The notes: generated by a model from the letters alone, not told the origin. 64,000 bases of DNA from Lentisphaerota bacterium (GCA_021413965.1 JAIOPI010000021.1:220671-284670); one strand, 5' to 3'; counted from the first letter of the stretch, positions 29,812 through 40,898 are shown. A program made the numbers and translations.

Positions 29812-31914
29812 TCAGGCCGGCTTGCCATCGCGCTCGCGCATCGCGGCCTTGCGGCTGAGCTTGACGCGGCCGCGATCATCGACGCCGAGGCACTTCACCC
29901 ACATGGTGTCGCCGACCTTGCACACATCTTCGACGCGGTTGACGCGGAAGTCCGCCAGCTCGCTGATATGCACGAGGCCATCCTTGCCGGGCAGGATTTC
30001 GACGAAGGCGCCGAATTCCTTCACGCCGGTCACGACGCCGCTGTAGATCTCGCCTTCGCGCGCTTCGGCGGTGACGAGTTCGACTTCGCGCACGGCCAGG
30101 CGCAGGGCTTCGGCGTCCGTCGCGAAGATGCGCACGGTGCCGTCCTCCTCGATGTCGATCTGCGCGCCGGTCAGGTCCGTGATGCGGCGAATGGTTTTGC
30201 CGCCCGGCCCGATCAGCATGCCGATCTGCTCGGGGTCAATCTGCACGACATGGATGCGCGGGGCATGCGGCGACATTTCCGACCGCGGGCTCGCGATGAC
30301 CGACTGCATGTAATCGAGGATCTGCATGCGGGCGCGGTGCGCCATCGCAAAGGCTCCCTCGACGAGATTCCACGGCAGGCCGCGGATCTTGAGATCGACC
30401 TGGAAGCCCGTGACGCCGTCGCGGGTGCCGGAGACCTTGAAGTCCATGTCGCCGCAATGGTCTTCGGCGCCGATGATATCCGTCACCAGTTCGGCACGGT
30501 TCGGGCCGGTGAACAGGCCGACGGAGATCCCGGCGACCGGCTTGATGATCGGGATACCCGCGTCCATCATCGCCAGGGTGCCGGCGCAAACGCTGGCCAT
30601 CGAGGTCGACCCGTTCGAACCCATGATGTCCGAGACAAGGCGCACGGTGTAGGGGTAGTCCGACGGCAGGACTTCGCGCAGCGAGCGCTCGGCGAGGTTG
30701 CCGTGGCCGATTTCGCGGCGGCCCGTGGAGCCCAGCCGCCCCACTTCGCCGACGCTGTACGGCGGGAAGTTGTAGTGCAGCATGAACTTCTTTTCGGTCT
30801 CGCCGCCGGTGATGGCGTCGAGGCTCTGGGTATCCGACTTGGTGCCGAGGGTGACCGAGCACAAGGCCTGGGTCTCGCCGCGGCTGAAGATGGCGGATCC
30901 ATGGGTCCGGGGCAGGACGTTCACCTGGGCCGTCAGCGTGCGCAGTTCGTCGGACTTGCGGCCATCGATGCGGCGCCCGCGCTCCAGCACGTTCCGGCGC
31001 ACGAGATCGATTTCCAGCTCGTCGAACATGGCCCGGAAGGTCTCGTCCTTCAGTTCGGGATTGGCCGCCTGCAGCTTGGCCTTGAGTTGATCCTTCAGGG
31101 CGGTCACGCGGTTCTGGCGTTCCAGCTTGCCGGGGATCGTCAGGATTTCGGCAAATTCCGTGCCGACCAGCGCGCGCGCCTGGTTCAGCAAGGCATGGTC
31201 CGGGGTGACTTCCGCGACGACCTTGTCCGGCAGGCCGAGCTTGCGGCGAAGTTCCAGCTGGGCGTCGATCAGCTTGACGACGGCAGCGTGCCCGATGCGC
31301 ATGGCGGCGACCAAATCAGCCTCGCTGGCTTCCTTGGCGCTGCCTTCGATCATGATGGGCAGGTCGCGCGTGCCGCTGTACATGAGGTCCAGGTCGCTCA
31401 GTTCGCGCTGCTCGTGCCCGGGATTGAGGACGAACGTGCCATTGATGCGGCCGACGCGCACGCTGGCGACGGGCCCCATGAAGGGGATCTCGGAGAGGGT
31501 CAGCGCGGCGCTGGCGGCCAGGATGCTGACGGCATCGGCGTCATTCTCGCCATCGGCCGACAACAGCATGCTGTTGATCTGCACGTCGTTGCGATAGGTC
31601 TCGGGGAAGAGCGGCCGGATGGGGCGGTCCGTGAGGCGGGCGGTCAGGATTTCCTTTTCGCTGGGGCGCGCTTCGCGCTTGAAGAATCCACCGGGGAACC
31701 GGCCGGCGGCGTAATACTTTTCGCGGTATTCGACCTGGAGGGGGAAGTAGTCGATGCCTTCGCGGGGCTTGTCGGTGCAGGTTACGGCGGAGAAGAGGAT
31801 GGTGTCCCCGATGCGGACGGTCACGGCGCCGGAGGCCTGTTGGGCCAGCAGGCCGGCTTCGAGGGTGATATCCTTGCCATCGATATTGACTGTGACGGAT
31901 GTGGTGTTCTGCAT
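29812..31914 (-). CDS. pnp: Polyribonucleotide nucleotidyltransferase (PNPase)
   Basis: [21 protein letters not shown]; two RNase PH domains, KH ([11 protein letters not shown]) and S1 ([20 protein letters not shown]). Confidence 0.95.
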   Translation of the reverse strand: MQNTTSVTVNIDGKDITLEAGLLAQQASGAVTVRIGDTILFSAVTCTDKPREGIDYFPLQVEYREKYYAAGRFPGGFFKREARPSEKEILTARLTDRPIRPLFPETYRNDVQINSMLLSADGENDADAVSILAASAALTLSEIPFMGPVASVRVGRINGTFVLNPGHEQRELSDLDLMYSGTRDLPIMIEGSAKEASEADLVAAMRIGHAAVVKLIDAQLELRRKLGLPDKVVAEVTPDHALLNQARALVGTEFAEILTIPGKLERQNRVTALKDQLKAKLQAANPELKDETFRAMFDELEIDLVRRNVLERGRRIDGRKSDELRTLTAQVNVLPRTHGSAIFSRGETQALCSVTLGTKSDTQSLDAITGGETEKKFMLHYNFPPYSVGEVGRLGSTGRREIGHGNLAERSLREVLPSDYPYTVRLVSDIMGSNGSTSMASVCAGTLAMMDAGIPIIKPVAGISVGLFTGPNRAELVTDIIGAEDHCGDMDFKVSGTRDGVTGFQVDLKIRGLPWNLVEGAFAMAHRARMQILDYMQSVIASPRSEMSPHAPRIHVVQIDPEQIGMLIGPGGKTIRRITDLTGAQIDIEEDGTVRIFATDAEALRLAVREVELVTAEAREGEIYSGVVTGVKEFGAFVEILPGKDGLVHISELADFRVNRVEDVCKVGDTMWVKCLGVDDRGRVKLSRKAAMRERDGKPA

Positions 31915-31960
31915 GGTGTGTCTCGCTGCTACGGGAGGGAGGCGCCGGTGCGGGAGTAAA

Positions 31961-32005
31961 CTGCCTGGACGCGCTCCGCGTCGCCGCGAAGTGGGGTCCA
32001 GGCAG
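31961..32005 (-). promoter_or_regulatory. rpsO terminator / pnp leader stem-loop (candidate RNase III / autoregulatory hairpin)
   Basis: On the minus-strand RNA, ctgcctggac ... gtccaggcag forms a 10-bp stem with an inner GC hairpin. It occupies the position of the E. coli rpsO-pnp processing hairpin. Confidence 0.4.
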
Positions 32006-32024
32006 GGAAAGCAAACAAGCCGCG

Positions 32025-32288
32025 TTACCGCCGAATGTTCAGCTCTTTGATGAGCCGCTGGTAACGCTTCTCGTCCTTCTGCTTCAGATAGTCAAGCAGG
32101 CGCCTGCGGGCGCTAACCATTTTGATGAGACCAAAGCGGGAGCTATGGTCCTTCTTGTGCTGCTTGAGATGTTCGGTGAGCAGCTCAATTCGCTTCGAGA
32201 GCAACGCCACTTGGACATCGGAGGAGCCCGTGTCCCCTTCGTGCCGTTGAAACTGCTCTCGGATCTGCTTCTTGTCTATCTGACTCAT
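32025..32288 (-). CDS. rpsO: 30S ribosomal protein S15
   Basis: [69 protein letters not shown]; the start was set by residue index. Confidence 0.95.
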   Translation of the reverse strand: MSQIDKKQIREQFQRHEGDTGSSDVQVALLSKRIELLTEHLKQHKKDHSSRFGLIKMVSARRRLLDYLKQKDEKRYQRLIKELNIRR

Positions 32289-32346
32289 GCTGCCGACGAG
32301 CCCTTCCTGATTGTGTTCTATCGCTCCTTGATGTTGCTGGGGCGGA

Positions 32347-33327
32347 CTATAGTACGGTGCTGGCCATTGTGCAAAGGGATTCTTTGACCCTTTTTTTGCG
32401 GGCCAAGACGCGTCGTCCGTGGGCCACATCGCGCGCGATCTGGGCGCACAGGGCATCGAGGGAATCGAAGGTCTGTTCGTCGCGCAGCTTGGCGATAAAG
32501 AAGATTTCCACTTCACGTCCGTAGAGATTGCCCGCGAAGTCAAGGACGTACCATTCGAGGACGGCGGGCGGATGCGGGCCATGATGAACGGTGGGCCGGA
32601 CGCCGTAGCTGAGCAGGCCGGCGCGCAGGTGGTTGCCGACCAGGCCGAAGACGGCGTAGATGCCGAAGGGCGGGAGCACCTCGTTGGTGGGCGCGACGTT
32701 GGCGGTGGGGTACCCGAGGCGGCGTCCGAGGCGCGACCCGTGCACGACGCGTCCGAGCACGCTGAAGGGCCGGCCCAGCAGCGCGGCGGCGTGGTTCAGC
32801 TCGCCCGCGTGGATGGCGGCCCGCACGCGCGTGCTCGACACCACGGCGCCCCCGCGGGTCGCGGGCCGCACGATGTGAACGCGGAAGCCGTGCTGCCGCG
32901 CGAAGCGCGCCAACAGGGCCGGCGTGCCGGCGCGGCCCTGGCCAAAGCGCCAGTTGGGGCCGACAAACACATCCGTCAGCGTTGGCGCGGATGCCACCAG
33001 GTGATCCAGAAAATCCTGCGGGCTGCGCGCCGCCAGTGTCGGGGTGAAGGGGAGGACCATGCACCCGTCGATCCCCACGCGCGCCAGGGCGCGCAGCTTG
33101 TGGGGCAGGGACGTCAGCAGGCGCGGGGCGGCGGGGGGGTGCAGGACGCGGGCGGGGTGCGGGTCAAACGTCAGGGCCCAGGCGGTGCCGCCCTGCTCCC
33201 GGGCGCGGCGCAGGGCCGCTTCGAGCACCTTTGCGTGACCGCGATGAACGCCGTCGAAGAACCCGACCGCCACGCACAGCGGTTGTCGCAGGGTGCGCCA
33301 GCGCGCCAGATCGTTCGCCACGGTCAT
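32347..33327 (-). CDS. ribF: Bifunctional riboflavin kinase / FAD synthetase
   Basis: [15 protein letters not shown] (FAD-synthetase HxGH), then the riboflavin-kinase domain [20 protein letters not shown]. The start is M46 of the ORF. Confidence 0.9.
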   Translation of the reverse strand: MTVANDLARWRTLRQPLCVAVGFFDGVHRGHAKVLEAALRRAREQGGTAWALTFDPHPARVLHPPAAPRLLTSLPHKLRALARVGIDGCMVLPFTPTLAARSPQDFLDHLVASAPTLTDVFVGPNWRFGQGRAGTPALLARFARQHGFRVHIVRPATRGGAVVSSTRVRAAIHAGELNHAAALLGRPFSVLGRVVHGSRLGRRLGYPTANVAPTNEVLPPFGIYAVFGLVGNHLRAGLLSYGVRPTVHHGPHPPAVLEWYVLDFAGNLYGREVEIFFIAKLRDEQTFDSLDALCAQIARDVAHGRRVLARKKRVKESLCTMASTVL

Positions 33328-33430
33328 GCGTCGGGCGTTTGTGGCAGCGGCGCGGTGTCCGTCTGGCGCTGTTCCGGCGGGAGTCTTCCGCAGAGTCGCA
33401 GGGTTCACGGAGCATTCCTTGCCGAGTGGA

Positions 33431-34204
33431 TCAGTCGCGCTTGTACTCGCCTGCGCCGGCAAAACGCGCCAGGGGCAACAGGCGCCGGGTCAGGTCGTCG
33501 CGGCTCAGTCTTGCCAGTTCATCATCCGTGATGGAATCTTCGATGCCCAGATTTCCCGACCGCGTGCGCCGCAGTCGCGACAGATGCGCACCGCAACCGA
33601 GCTGGTCCCCGATGTCCGAGGCGATCTTGCGCACGTAGGTGCCCTTCGTGCAACGCAGCACGAAATCTGCCTCCGGCAGCTCAAAGCGCGTGAGGGTGAA
33701 CTCGTAGATGTGAATCAGGCGGGGCTGGCGCTCGACCTCCTGCCCCTTGCGCGCGCGCTTGTACAGCGGTACGCCTTCGAACTTGATCGCGGACACCATG
33801 GGAGGGACCTGCAGGATGTCGCCCAGGAAGGTGGTCATCGAGGCCTCGAGCTGGGCGCGCGTGATGCCATGGCAATCCTTCTCGGAGATCACGGCGCCGG
33901 CCGCATCGTGCGAATCCGTGGCGACGCCCAGGCGCAGCGTGCCCTCGTACGTCTTGTCCGACCCGAGGAACTGGCTGGACAGCTTGGTGGCGCGTCCGAG
34001 CAGCAGCACCAGCACGCCGGTGGCCAGGGGGTCGAGCGTGCCGCCGTGGCCGACCTTTCGGATGCCGAAGAGCCGGCGCACCCGGTCGACCATGTCGTGC
34101 GACGTCGGTCCGGCCGGCTTGTCCACCACAAGGACGCCGTCCAGGGGATCGGCGGCGCGCGGCGGGGCGGGTCGTTGAAAGCGAACATTGGCGTCGGGCG
34201 TCAT
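33431..34204 (-). CDS. truB: tRNA pseudouridine(55) synthase
   Basis: DGVLVVDKPAGPTSHDMVDRVRRLFGIRKVGHGGTLDPLATGVLVLLLG holds the catalytic Asp motif. Confidence 0.9.
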   Translation of the reverse strand: MTPDANVRFQRPAPPRAADPLDGVLVVDKPAGPTSHDMVDRVRRLFGIRKVGHGGTLDPLATGVLVLLLGRATKLSSQFLGSDKTYEGTLRLGVATDSHDAAGAVISEKDCHGITRAQLEASMTTFLGDILQVPPMVSAIKFEGVPLYKRARKGQEVERQPRLIHIYEFTLTRFELPEADFVLRCTKGTYVRKIASDIGDQLGCGAHLSRLRRTRSGNLGIEDSITDDELARLSRDDLTRRLLPLARFAGAGEYKRD

Positions 34205-34587
34205 GGGATGTCTTCCTCCGGGGTGGGCTCCGGCGGCGCGCCGTCCATCTGGGTGAGCAGTTCCAGCACGTGGTCGCCCCGTTCGATGGAGGTGTCGAGT
34301 TCGAACGTGAGCCGCGGCGTGTACTTCAGCTTGAGGTTGGTGTTGATGCGCTCCTGCATCTCCGCCCGGTGGTGGCGCAGCAGGTCCATCATCCGTTCGC
34401 GCTCGTCCTGGTGATCCCGGATCGAGACCAGCACGCGCGCCGTGCGCAGGTTGCTGCTCGCGACCACATGCGTGATGGTGACGGCCGAGAGGTCGAACGC
34501 GCGCTCGTTCATCAGGCGGAACAGGGCGTCGCCCAGCTCGCGCCGGATCAACTCGTTGACTCGGACCATGCGTCGCGATGTCGTCAT
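34201..34587 (-). CDS. rbfA: Ribosome-binding factor A
   Basis: RVNELIRRELGDALF ... LTFELD; a 4-bp overlap with truB. Confidence 0.9.
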   Translation of the reverse strand: MTTSRRMVRVNELIRRELGDALFRLMNERAFDLSAVTITHVVASSNLRTARVLVSIRDHQDERERMMDLLRHHRAEMQERINTNLKLKYTPRLTFELDTSIERGDHVLELLTQMDGAPPEPTPEEDIP

Positions 34588-34710
34588 AAGGAAAGTGTCA
34601 AACGGCCGGTGTTACGTGTCAAGCGGCAGGACGGCCGCCAAGTCTGTCCGTCAACAAGCGAAATGCAAATCCCTGGGCGATTCGACCTGGCGGTCCCTGC
34701 GGCGTGCGGG

Positions 34711-36924
34711 TCAGAGGGTCTGGCGGACCTCTTCGACCGTGTAGAACTCCAGGAGGTCCCCCTTGTCGAAGGCGGTAAAGCGATCCAGACGGATGCCGCA
34801 CTCCTGCGACTCGCGCACTTCGGCGACGCTTTCCTGGAAATGTTTGAGCGAGGCGATGGACCCCTGGTAGAGAACTTCGTCCCCGCGACGCACGCGAACC
34901 TTGTTGCGCGCGGCGATGGTGCCCTTGATGACGCGGCAGCCGGCCACCCGGCTGGTCTTGCCGATCGGGAACACCTCGAGAATCTGTGCCGTGCCCACCA
35001 CGGTCTCCTTGAGCTCCGGCGCCAGCAGGCCGGTCATGGCGTCGCGCACTTCATCCAGCAATTCGTAGATGATGTTGTGCATGCGGATATCGACGCCTTC
35101 GCGGCGGGCGAGCGAATCGACGCCGACTTCCTTGCCGACGCAGAACCCCAGGATCACGCCCTGGGAGGCGCTGGCCAGCATGACGTCGTTCTCGGTGATG
35201 TTGCCGGTCGAGCCCAGCATGATCGTCAGGGAGATCTTCTCGCTGCGGATATCCTTGAGCGCGTGATGGATGGCCTCGATGCTGCCCTGCGTGTCGGCTT
35301 TGAGCACGACGCGCAGATCCAGCTTCTTCTCGCCTTCGAGCTGGCTGAAGAGGTTCTCCAGCGACACCTTCTTGGGGGAGGCGAGATGTTTCTGCTTGAG
35401 CTGTTCGGACAAGTCGCTGGCCATCTGGCGCGCGAGGCGCTCGTTGGCGTAGACGCGGAATTCCGCGCCGGCTTCAGGCACGCCTGGCAGCCCCAGGCAC
35501 TTGACGGGCGTCGACGGTTCCGCCGATTTCACCTTGGTGCCGTGGTCGTTGATCAGGGCGCGTACACGGCCGCAATGGGGGCCGCAGAGAATCACATCGC
35601 CGATCTTGAGCGTGCCGGTGGTCACGAGCAGGTTGGCCGTGGGGCCCATGCCGTGCTCCAGCTTGGCTTCAATCACATAGCCCGTGGCCCGCCGATGCGG
35701 GTTGGCGCGCAATTCGAGCAGGTCCGACTGCAGCAAGATCATTTCCAGCAGGTGGTCGATGCCCGCGCCGGTCTGGGCGCTGACGGGGCAGCAGATGGTC
35801 TGGCCGCCCCAGTCTTCCGGGCTCAGGTTTTCGGCCTGCAGCTGACGCCGCACGCGTTCCACATTGGCCGTGGGCAGATCGATCTTGTTGATGGCCACCA
35901 TGATCGTGACGTCCGCGGCGAGTGCGTGCTGAATGGCTTCGCGCGTCTGCGGCATGATGCCGTCATCCGCGGCGATCACGATCACCGCGATGTCGGTGAG
36001 ATTGGCGCCGCGGGCGCGCATGGCCGTGAAGGCCGCGTGGCCGGGCGTGTCCAGGAACGTGATCTGGCGCCCCTGCAGGTTCACGGTGTAGGCGCCGATG
36101 TGCTGTGTGATGCCGCCGAATTCGTCTTCCACGACGGAGGCCTTGCGGATGCGATCCAGCAGGGACGTCTTGCCATGGTCAACGTGGCCAAGGAAGGTGA
36201 CGACGGGCGGGCGCGGCTGCAAATCCTCAGGCCGCTCCTCGTCTTCCCGGGTCTCGGTGGCCTTCTTGGGAACGACGACCTTATGCTCGGTGGAGCGCTT
36301 GTCGTGTTCCAGCGTGTAGCCGTGTTTCTCGGCCACCGCGCGGGCGACGGCCACGTCCACCTTCTGGGTGATGGAGGCCAGGATGTTCATGCCCATCAAT
36401 TCGGCGATGACGGCGTTGGGCCGCATCCCGAGGGCTTCAGCCAGATCGCGAACGACGACCGGTCCCTTGACGTGAATGGCGCGTTCGCCGGGGATGACTT
36501 CCGGCTTGGCCGGCGGCGGCGGTGGCGGAGGAGGCTTGGGCATCGCCACGGGGGCGGGTGGGACGACGGGTGTCGCTGGTTTGACCACCACAGGCTCAAC
36601 CTTGGCAACCGGCTTGGCTGCAGGCTCGGGAGACGTCGGGGGTGCGGCCGGTGGCGCCACCTTGGGCGTGGGTGCCGGCGGGGCGGGCGGCTTGACCGCA
36701 ACGGCCGGGGCGGCCGGCGCGGTGGCTGCGGCCGGGGCGGGTGTCGCCGCCGGAGCCGCTGGCGCAGGAGCCGCGGCCTGGCCGTGGCCGGCCATCAGCT
36801 TCTGGACGATCGCTTCGTCCACCGTGCTGGCGTGAGATTTGACTTCCACACCCAGCTCGTGCAGACGGGCGATGCAGTCCTTGCTGCTGATATCCAGCGC
36901 TTTGGCCAGTTCGTGTACTCTCAT
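34711..36924 (-). CDS. infB: Translation initiation factor IF-2
   Basis: A Pro/Ala-rich N-terminal linker; GTPase G1 [13 protein letters not shown]3 DTPGH, G4 NKID; C-terminal beta-barrels. Confidence 0.95.
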   Translation of the reverse strand: MRVHELAKALDISSKDCIARLHELGVEVKSHASTVDEAIVQKLMAGHGQAAAPAPAAPAATPAPAAATAPAAPAVAVKPPAPPAPTPKVAPPAAPPTSPEPAAKPVAKVEPVVVKPATPVVPPAPVAMPKPPPPPPPPAKPEVIPGERAIHVKGPVVVRDLAEALGMRPNAVIAELMGMNILASITQKVDVAVARAVAEKHGYTLEHDKRSTEHKVVVPKKATETREDEERPEDLQPRPPVVTFLGHVDHGKTSLLDRIRKASVVEDEFGGITQHIGAYTVNLQGRQITFLDTPGHAAFTAMRARGANLTDIAVIVIAADDGIMPQTREAIQHALAADVTIMVAINKIDLPTANVERVRRQLQAENLSPEDWGGQTICCPVSAQTGAGIDHLLEMILLQSDLLELRANPHRRATGYVIEAKLEHGMGPTANLLVTTGTLKIGDVILCGPHCGRVRALINDHGTKVKSAEPSTPVKCLGLPGVPEAGAEFRVYANERLARQMASDLSEQLKQKHLASPKKVSLENLFSQLEGEKKLDLRVVLKADTQGSIEAIHHALKDIRSEKISLTIMLGSTGNITENDVMLASASQGVILGFCVGKEVGVDSLARREGVDIRMHNIIYELLDEVRDAMTGLLAPELKETVVGTAQILEVFPIGKTSRVAGCRVIKGTIAARNKVRVRRGDEVLYQGSIASLKHFQESVAEVRESQECGIRLDRFTAFDKGDLLEFYTVEEVRQTL

Positions 36925-38192
36925 GATTCAGGTGCCGGGGGTTCTGCCGATTGCGCGGCTGCGGCCGCTTCATAGACGGCTTGGGCCGTGTCGTGATCAA
37001 AACCTGTAACTTCTTCGAGATCAGTCACTTCAGCGGCCAGAATGCCTTCAACCGTCAGGAAGCCGGCCTTGACCAGCGCCTCGGCGTGTGCACGGTCGAT
37101 GCCCTTGACGGTCGCCATGCTGTCCACGGCCCGCGCGACCTTCTCCTCGAAGGTGGTTTCGCGCTCGTCCTTCTGAATGTCGACCTTCATGCCCAGCAGC
37201 TTGGCCGTCAGCCGCACGTTCTGTCCGCGCTTGCCGATGGCGAGGGAGAGCTGCTCGGAGTCCGCGATCACATGGATCAGGCCCGGGACATTAGGATCCA
37301 ATTCCACCTTCAAAAGCTTGGCTGGCGACAGGGCATTGGTCACGTATGTCTTCGGGTCATCGCTCCAGCGTATGATGTCGATCTTCTCGCCCGACAGTTC
37401 GCGCACAATGTTCTTCACGCGCATGCCACGCATGCCGACGCAGGCCCCGACGGGGTCCACCTTGTCGTCCTTGGAGACGACGGCGATCTTCGTGCGGTAG
37501 CCGGGCTCGCGGGCAATGCCCTTGATCTCGACGATGCCGTCGGCGATCTCGGATACTTCCAACTCAAACAGCTTGATGACGAAATTGGGGTGGCTGCGCG
37601 ACAGGATCACGCCCGGACCCGCGGCATTGCTCTGCACATCCATGACATAGGCTCGGATCCGATCGCCCACCTGGTATTCTTCGGTGGGGACGCGCTCCTT
37701 GGTCGGCAGGATGGCTTCGGCCCGGCCCAGGTCGACAATGATGTCGCTGCGGTTGAACTGGCGCACGGAGCCGCTGACGATGTCGCCGATGCGGTCCTTG
37801 TACTCTTCGAACACGATATCGCGCTCCGCCTGGCGGATTTTCTGCAAAATCGCCTGTTTGGCGGTCTGGGCGGCGATACGGCCAAAATTGGAGGGCGTGA
37901 ACTCGACCTCGATCTTGTCGCCAATCTTGGCGTCGGCCTTGATGCGGCGCGCCTCGTCCAGCCTGATCTCGCCCTGTTCGGGGCGGATCTTGGAATCCAC
38001 GACCTCGGAGGTCTGAAAGGCCTTGATATCGCAGGTCTGGCGGTCAATATGGATGCGCAGGTCCTGGCTGGCGGTGTAGTTCTTGCGCGCGGCGGACTGC
38101 AGCGCAAACTCCACGGCTTCCAAAAGGACTTCACGGTTAATCCCGCGGTCCTTCTCCATATAGTTCAAGATCGTCAGCAATTCATTATTCAT
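36921..38192 (-). CDS. nusA: Transcription termination/antitermination factor NusA
   Basis: The start is MNNELLTILNYMEKDRGINREVLLEAVEFAL (M36 of the ORF); S1 and KH domains and C-terminal acidic repeats. It overlaps infB by 4 bp. Confidence 0.95.
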   Translation of the reverse strand: MNNELLTILNYMEKDRGINREVLLEAVEFALQSAARKNYTASQDLRIHIDRQTCDIKAFQTSEVVDSKIRPEQGEIRLDEARRIKADAKIGDKIEVEFTPSNFGRIAAQTAKQAILQKIRQAERDIVFEEYKDRIGDIVSGSVRQFNRSDIIVDLGRAEAILPTKERVPTEEYQVGDRIRAYVMDVQSNAAGPGVILSRSHPNFVIKLFELEVSEIADGIVEIKGIAREPGYRTKIAVVSKDDKVDPVGACVGMRGMRVKNIVRELSGEKIDIIRWSDDPKTYVTNALSPAKLLKVELDPNVPGLIHVIADSEQLSLAIGKRGQNVRLTAKLLGMKVDIQKDERETTFEEKVARAVDSMATVKGIDRAHAEALVKAGFLTVEGILAAEVTDLEEVTGFDHDTAQAVYEAAAAAQSAEPPAPES

Positions 38193-38242
38193 GGCCGCGC
38201 ATTCCTGAGGGCCTGTCGGGGGCCAAACCCCCTCTAATGCAC

Positions 38243-38268
38243 AACAGAGTGGGACGGCCCACTCTGTT
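38243..38268 (-). promoter_or_regulatory. Perfect 10-bp hairpin in the nusA leader
   Basis: aacagagtggg acggc ccactctgtt lies about 55 nt upstream of the nusA start; no rimP gene is present between the promoter region and nusA. Confidence 0.35.
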
Positions 38269-38402
38269 CGCGCAAGCACCCTTATTGTCCCGAACACTCC
38301 AAATAAACCATAATGCCAGCCTGAGGGTCAAGCTCGCATTCCCCACAAATTGGGCTGGCGGCTTGTCGACGCCCTCTCTGGAATGATAAGACAGCCGTCT
38401 GT

Positions 38403-39251
38403 ATGGACGATCTGGACATTTTTCATGAGCAACTGCGGTCGCAGGGGCGATATGAGACCCCGGTTGGGGCGCGCCGCGTCTGGGACCGGTTGACGGGCGG
38501 GTCGGATCTTTGGTTTTACCTGAGGGTGATGGCCGTGGTCCGCGCCGGGTCGCGCGAGGCGCTGGCTGGGACTTACGATGGCCGCCGCTGGGCGCGGAGT
38601 TCACGGGCCACCATGCGCCTGTTCGAACGCTGCGGCTGCACCATCCATATCGAGGGAGCGGGGGCGCTGGCCGCGGCGGGGGGGCCGGTCGTGATCGTGG
38701 GTAACCACATGAGCATGGCGGAAACCTTCATTCTCCCAGGGGTTTGCCTGGCTTTTCGCGAGGCAACTTTTGTGGTGAAGCAAAGCTTGCTGGACTACCC
38801 CTTCTTTGGGCCCCTGCTGCGGGCCCGGCACCCCATCGCCGTATCGCGCGCCAACCCGCGTGAGGATCTTAAAGAGGTGTTGCGGCAGGGGCAGGCATCG
38901 CTCGCAGAAGGGCGCAGCGTGGTGGTCTTCCCCCAGGCAACCCGCTCAGCCACGTTCATCCCGGCACAGTTCAACTCGCTGGGGGTCAAACTGGCAGCGC
39001 GTGCCGGCGTGCCGGTCGTCCCCCTGGCGCTGAAGACCGATTGCCAGGGCATCGGCCGCTGGATCAAGGATTTTGGGCCGCTGACCCGCCGCCTGCCGAT
39101 GCATTTTGCTTTCGGCGCCCCGCTCGACCCCCGCGGCCAGGAGAAAGCCACCCACGCCGCCGTCGTGTCCTTCATCCGTGACCACCTCACCGACTGGGGC
39201 GGCGTGGTGAAGGAGGACGCGGCGGACGGCGAGTTGCCGAAGGCGGGCTGA
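38403..39251 (+). CDS. Lysophospholipid (1-acyl-sn-glycerol-3-phosphate-like) acyltransferase family protein
   Basis: VVIVGNHMSMAETFILP is the HxxxxE/D acyltransferase motif I; VVVFPQATRS is motif III; the FVPLALKT-like segment is motif IV. Confidence 0.75.
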   Translation: MDDLDIFHEQLRSQGRYETPVGARRVWDRLTGGSDLWFYLRVMAVVRAGSREALAGTYDGRRWARSSRATMRLFERCGCTIHIEGAGALAAAGGPVVIVGNHMSMAETFILPGVCLAFREATFVVKQSLLDYPFFGPLLRARHPIAVSRANPREDLKEVLRQGQASLAEGRSVVVFPQATRSATFIPAQFNSLGVKLAARAGVPVVPLALKTDCQGIGRWIKDFGPLTRRLPMHFAFGAPLDPRGQEKATHAAVVSFIRDHLTDWGGVVKEDAADGELPKAG

Positions 39252-39290
39252 GCCTTGGTGCGTGCCGGACCCGCCGGCAAGCCCCGGCCG

Positions 39291-39318
39291 CCTCCGGTTC
39301 GCAGGCTTGAACCGGAGG
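39291..39318. terminator. Hairpin downstream of the acyltransferase gene
   Basis: cctccggtt cgcaggcttg aaccggagg forms a 9-bp stem. Confidence 0.3.
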
Positions 39319-39387
39319 CTCACAAAGTGATAGAAATGCAGTGAACCTGGTGTTCCGAAGCTGCATAGCCGCGCGGAGAACGAGCCG

Positions 39388-39795
39388 ATGATTCCCGACT
39401 TACAGTCCAGCCTGCTCTGCGATGATGTGCGCCAGGAGCGCAATGGCAAGTTCATCCTGATCGGCCTCTTCGACATGATCGCCGTGCCGACCTACCCGGC
39501 CGTGTTCCAGCGCATCTGCGTGGTGAATCGCTGGTGCTGCGGCGAGGGCACCTTCCGGCAGCGCAGCCGCTTGATCAAGTCCGACGGTGACACGCTCTTG
39601 ATCGAAGGCCGCGAGGTCCCCGTCACGCTTCCGGACGCCGAAGCCACGGCTACGAGCGTTGAGTTCTTCCTGAACGTGCGTTTTGAGGCACCCGGCACCT
39701 ACTGGGTGGAAATCCTGCTTGATGGCGACATCAAGGTGCGCTACCCGCTCAAGGCGCGCCAGATTCAACCCCGGCCGGAGGGCATCAGCACATGA
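39388..39795 (+). CDS. Hypothetical cytoplasmic protein (135 aa)
   Basis: MIPDLQSSLLCDDVRQERNGKFILIGLFDM...; GC3 is high. A 4-bp overlap couples it to the downstream YjiK-like gene. Confidence 0.6.
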   Translation: MIPDLQSSLLCDDVRQERNGKFILIGLFDMIAVPTYPAVFQRICVVNRWCCGEGTFRQRSRLIKSDGDTLLIEGREVPVTLPDAEATATSVEFFLNVRFEAPGTYWVEILLDGDIKVRYPLKARQIQPRPEGIST

Positions 39796-40676
39796 ACCAT
39801 CCCACCAGTCCCGGTTCCTGTTTGGCCTTCACCATGCTGGCCCTGACGCTGCTCGCCGCGTCGTTGGCTTGCGCCGAGGCGACCGCACCCGCCCCGGCCG
39901 CCCCGCCTGCCGCTTCCGTCACCGTGACGGACTCCGTTCTTGCGGGCTATCAGCTGGTGGCGGGCCCGATCATCGTCTCCGGCGTGGAGGACGACCTGTC
40001 CGGCATTTCGTTCAACCCGGAAACCGGTACGCTATTCGCCATTCGCAACGGCGATCCCCGCGTGTTTGAACTGAACCGCGATGGCCGTGTGCTGCGCGCG
40101 TTCGATCTCGCCGGACTGGAAGATACCGAGGACCTCGCCTGCCTGGGTGATGGTCGCCTTGCCGTCATCGAAGAGCGCCGCCGCACCCTGAGCGTCTGTA
40201 CCATCCCCGACGGCACCAATGCTGCCGCTCGTCCCGCCGGAACACTGCTCATCGAGCCGAAGAAGTATGGGAACCTCGGACTGGAAGGCGTGACCTTCGA
40301 TCCCGCCGCCTCGCGTTTCTACATCGTCAAGGAGAAGGAACCGCGGCGCCTCTACGCCGTTCCGCGCACGACGCGCCTGGATGAGGAATCGGCCGTGACG
40401 CAGCCGTGGGATATCGAGGCGCGCAACTTCGGGCTGTCAGACCTGTCGGCGATCTCCTTCGTACCGGAGAATGGACACCTGCTCCTGTTGAGCGATGAAT
40501 CGCGCTGCATCGTGGAATGCACCACGGACGGCCAGGAAATCGGCCGCCTGCCGCTGACCACCGGATCAGCCGGCCTGAAGGCGGATCTGATGCAACCCGA
40601 AGGCCTCGCGCGCGACGACCGGGGCCGCCTCTACGTCACCTGCGAACCCAACCTCCTCTACATTTTCGCGAAGTAG
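39792..40676 (+). CDS. Secreted SdiA-regulated/YjiK-like beta-propeller protein
   Basis: Signal peptide MNHPTSPGSCLAFTMLALTLLAASLACAEA; LSGISFNPETGTLFAI, EDTEDLACLGDG, GLEGVTFDP and PEGLARDDRGRLYVT are propeller-blade-like repeats. Confidence 0.65.
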   Translation: MNHPTSPGSCLAFTMLALTLLAASLACAEATAPAPAAPPAASVTVTDSVLAGYQLVAGPIIVSGVEDDLSGISFNPETGTLFAIRNGDPRVFELNRDGRVLRAFDLAGLEDTEDLACLGDGRLAVIEERRRTLSVCTIPDGTNAAARPAGTLLIEPKKYGNLGLEGVTFDPAASRFYIVKEKEPRRLYAVPRTTRLDEESAVTQPWDIEARNFGLSDLSAISFVPENGHLLLLSDESRCIVECTTDGQEIGRLPLTTGSAGLKADLMQPEGLARDDRGRLYVTCEPNLLYIFAK

Positions 40677-40714
40677 CCGCGCGAAGCACCCGCCGCGTTG
40701 CTAAATCGCGCGCC

Positions 40715-40743
40715 AAGGTGGCCCGCGACCTCCGGGCGCGGGC
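40715..40743. repeat. REP family 1 copy
   Basis: aaggtggcccgcgacctccgggcgcgggc, followed by the palindrome cgcgggtcgccgacccgcg; it lies between convergent yjiK-like and the STK. Confidence 0.6.
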
Positions 40744-40898
40744 TCAGGTTGCCGATTGTAGCGCGGGTCGCCGACCCGCGCACGTAGCGCCACGGATGGC
40801 GGGTCATGCGACCCGCCCTACATCCGGAGCGTTCATGGCCGGATCAGAGCCTGTCACGCGCATGTGTCAACCGATAGTCGGACGAGACAGGTGCTTAT

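Noticed and set aside
34270-36975. 901-aa plus-strand ORF
   Set aside because: Antisense shadow of infB.
38193-38402. rimP gene upstream of nusA
   Set aside because: There are only 210 bp of non-coding sequence; the overlapping 139-aa track ORF is a Pro/Arg-rich shadow.
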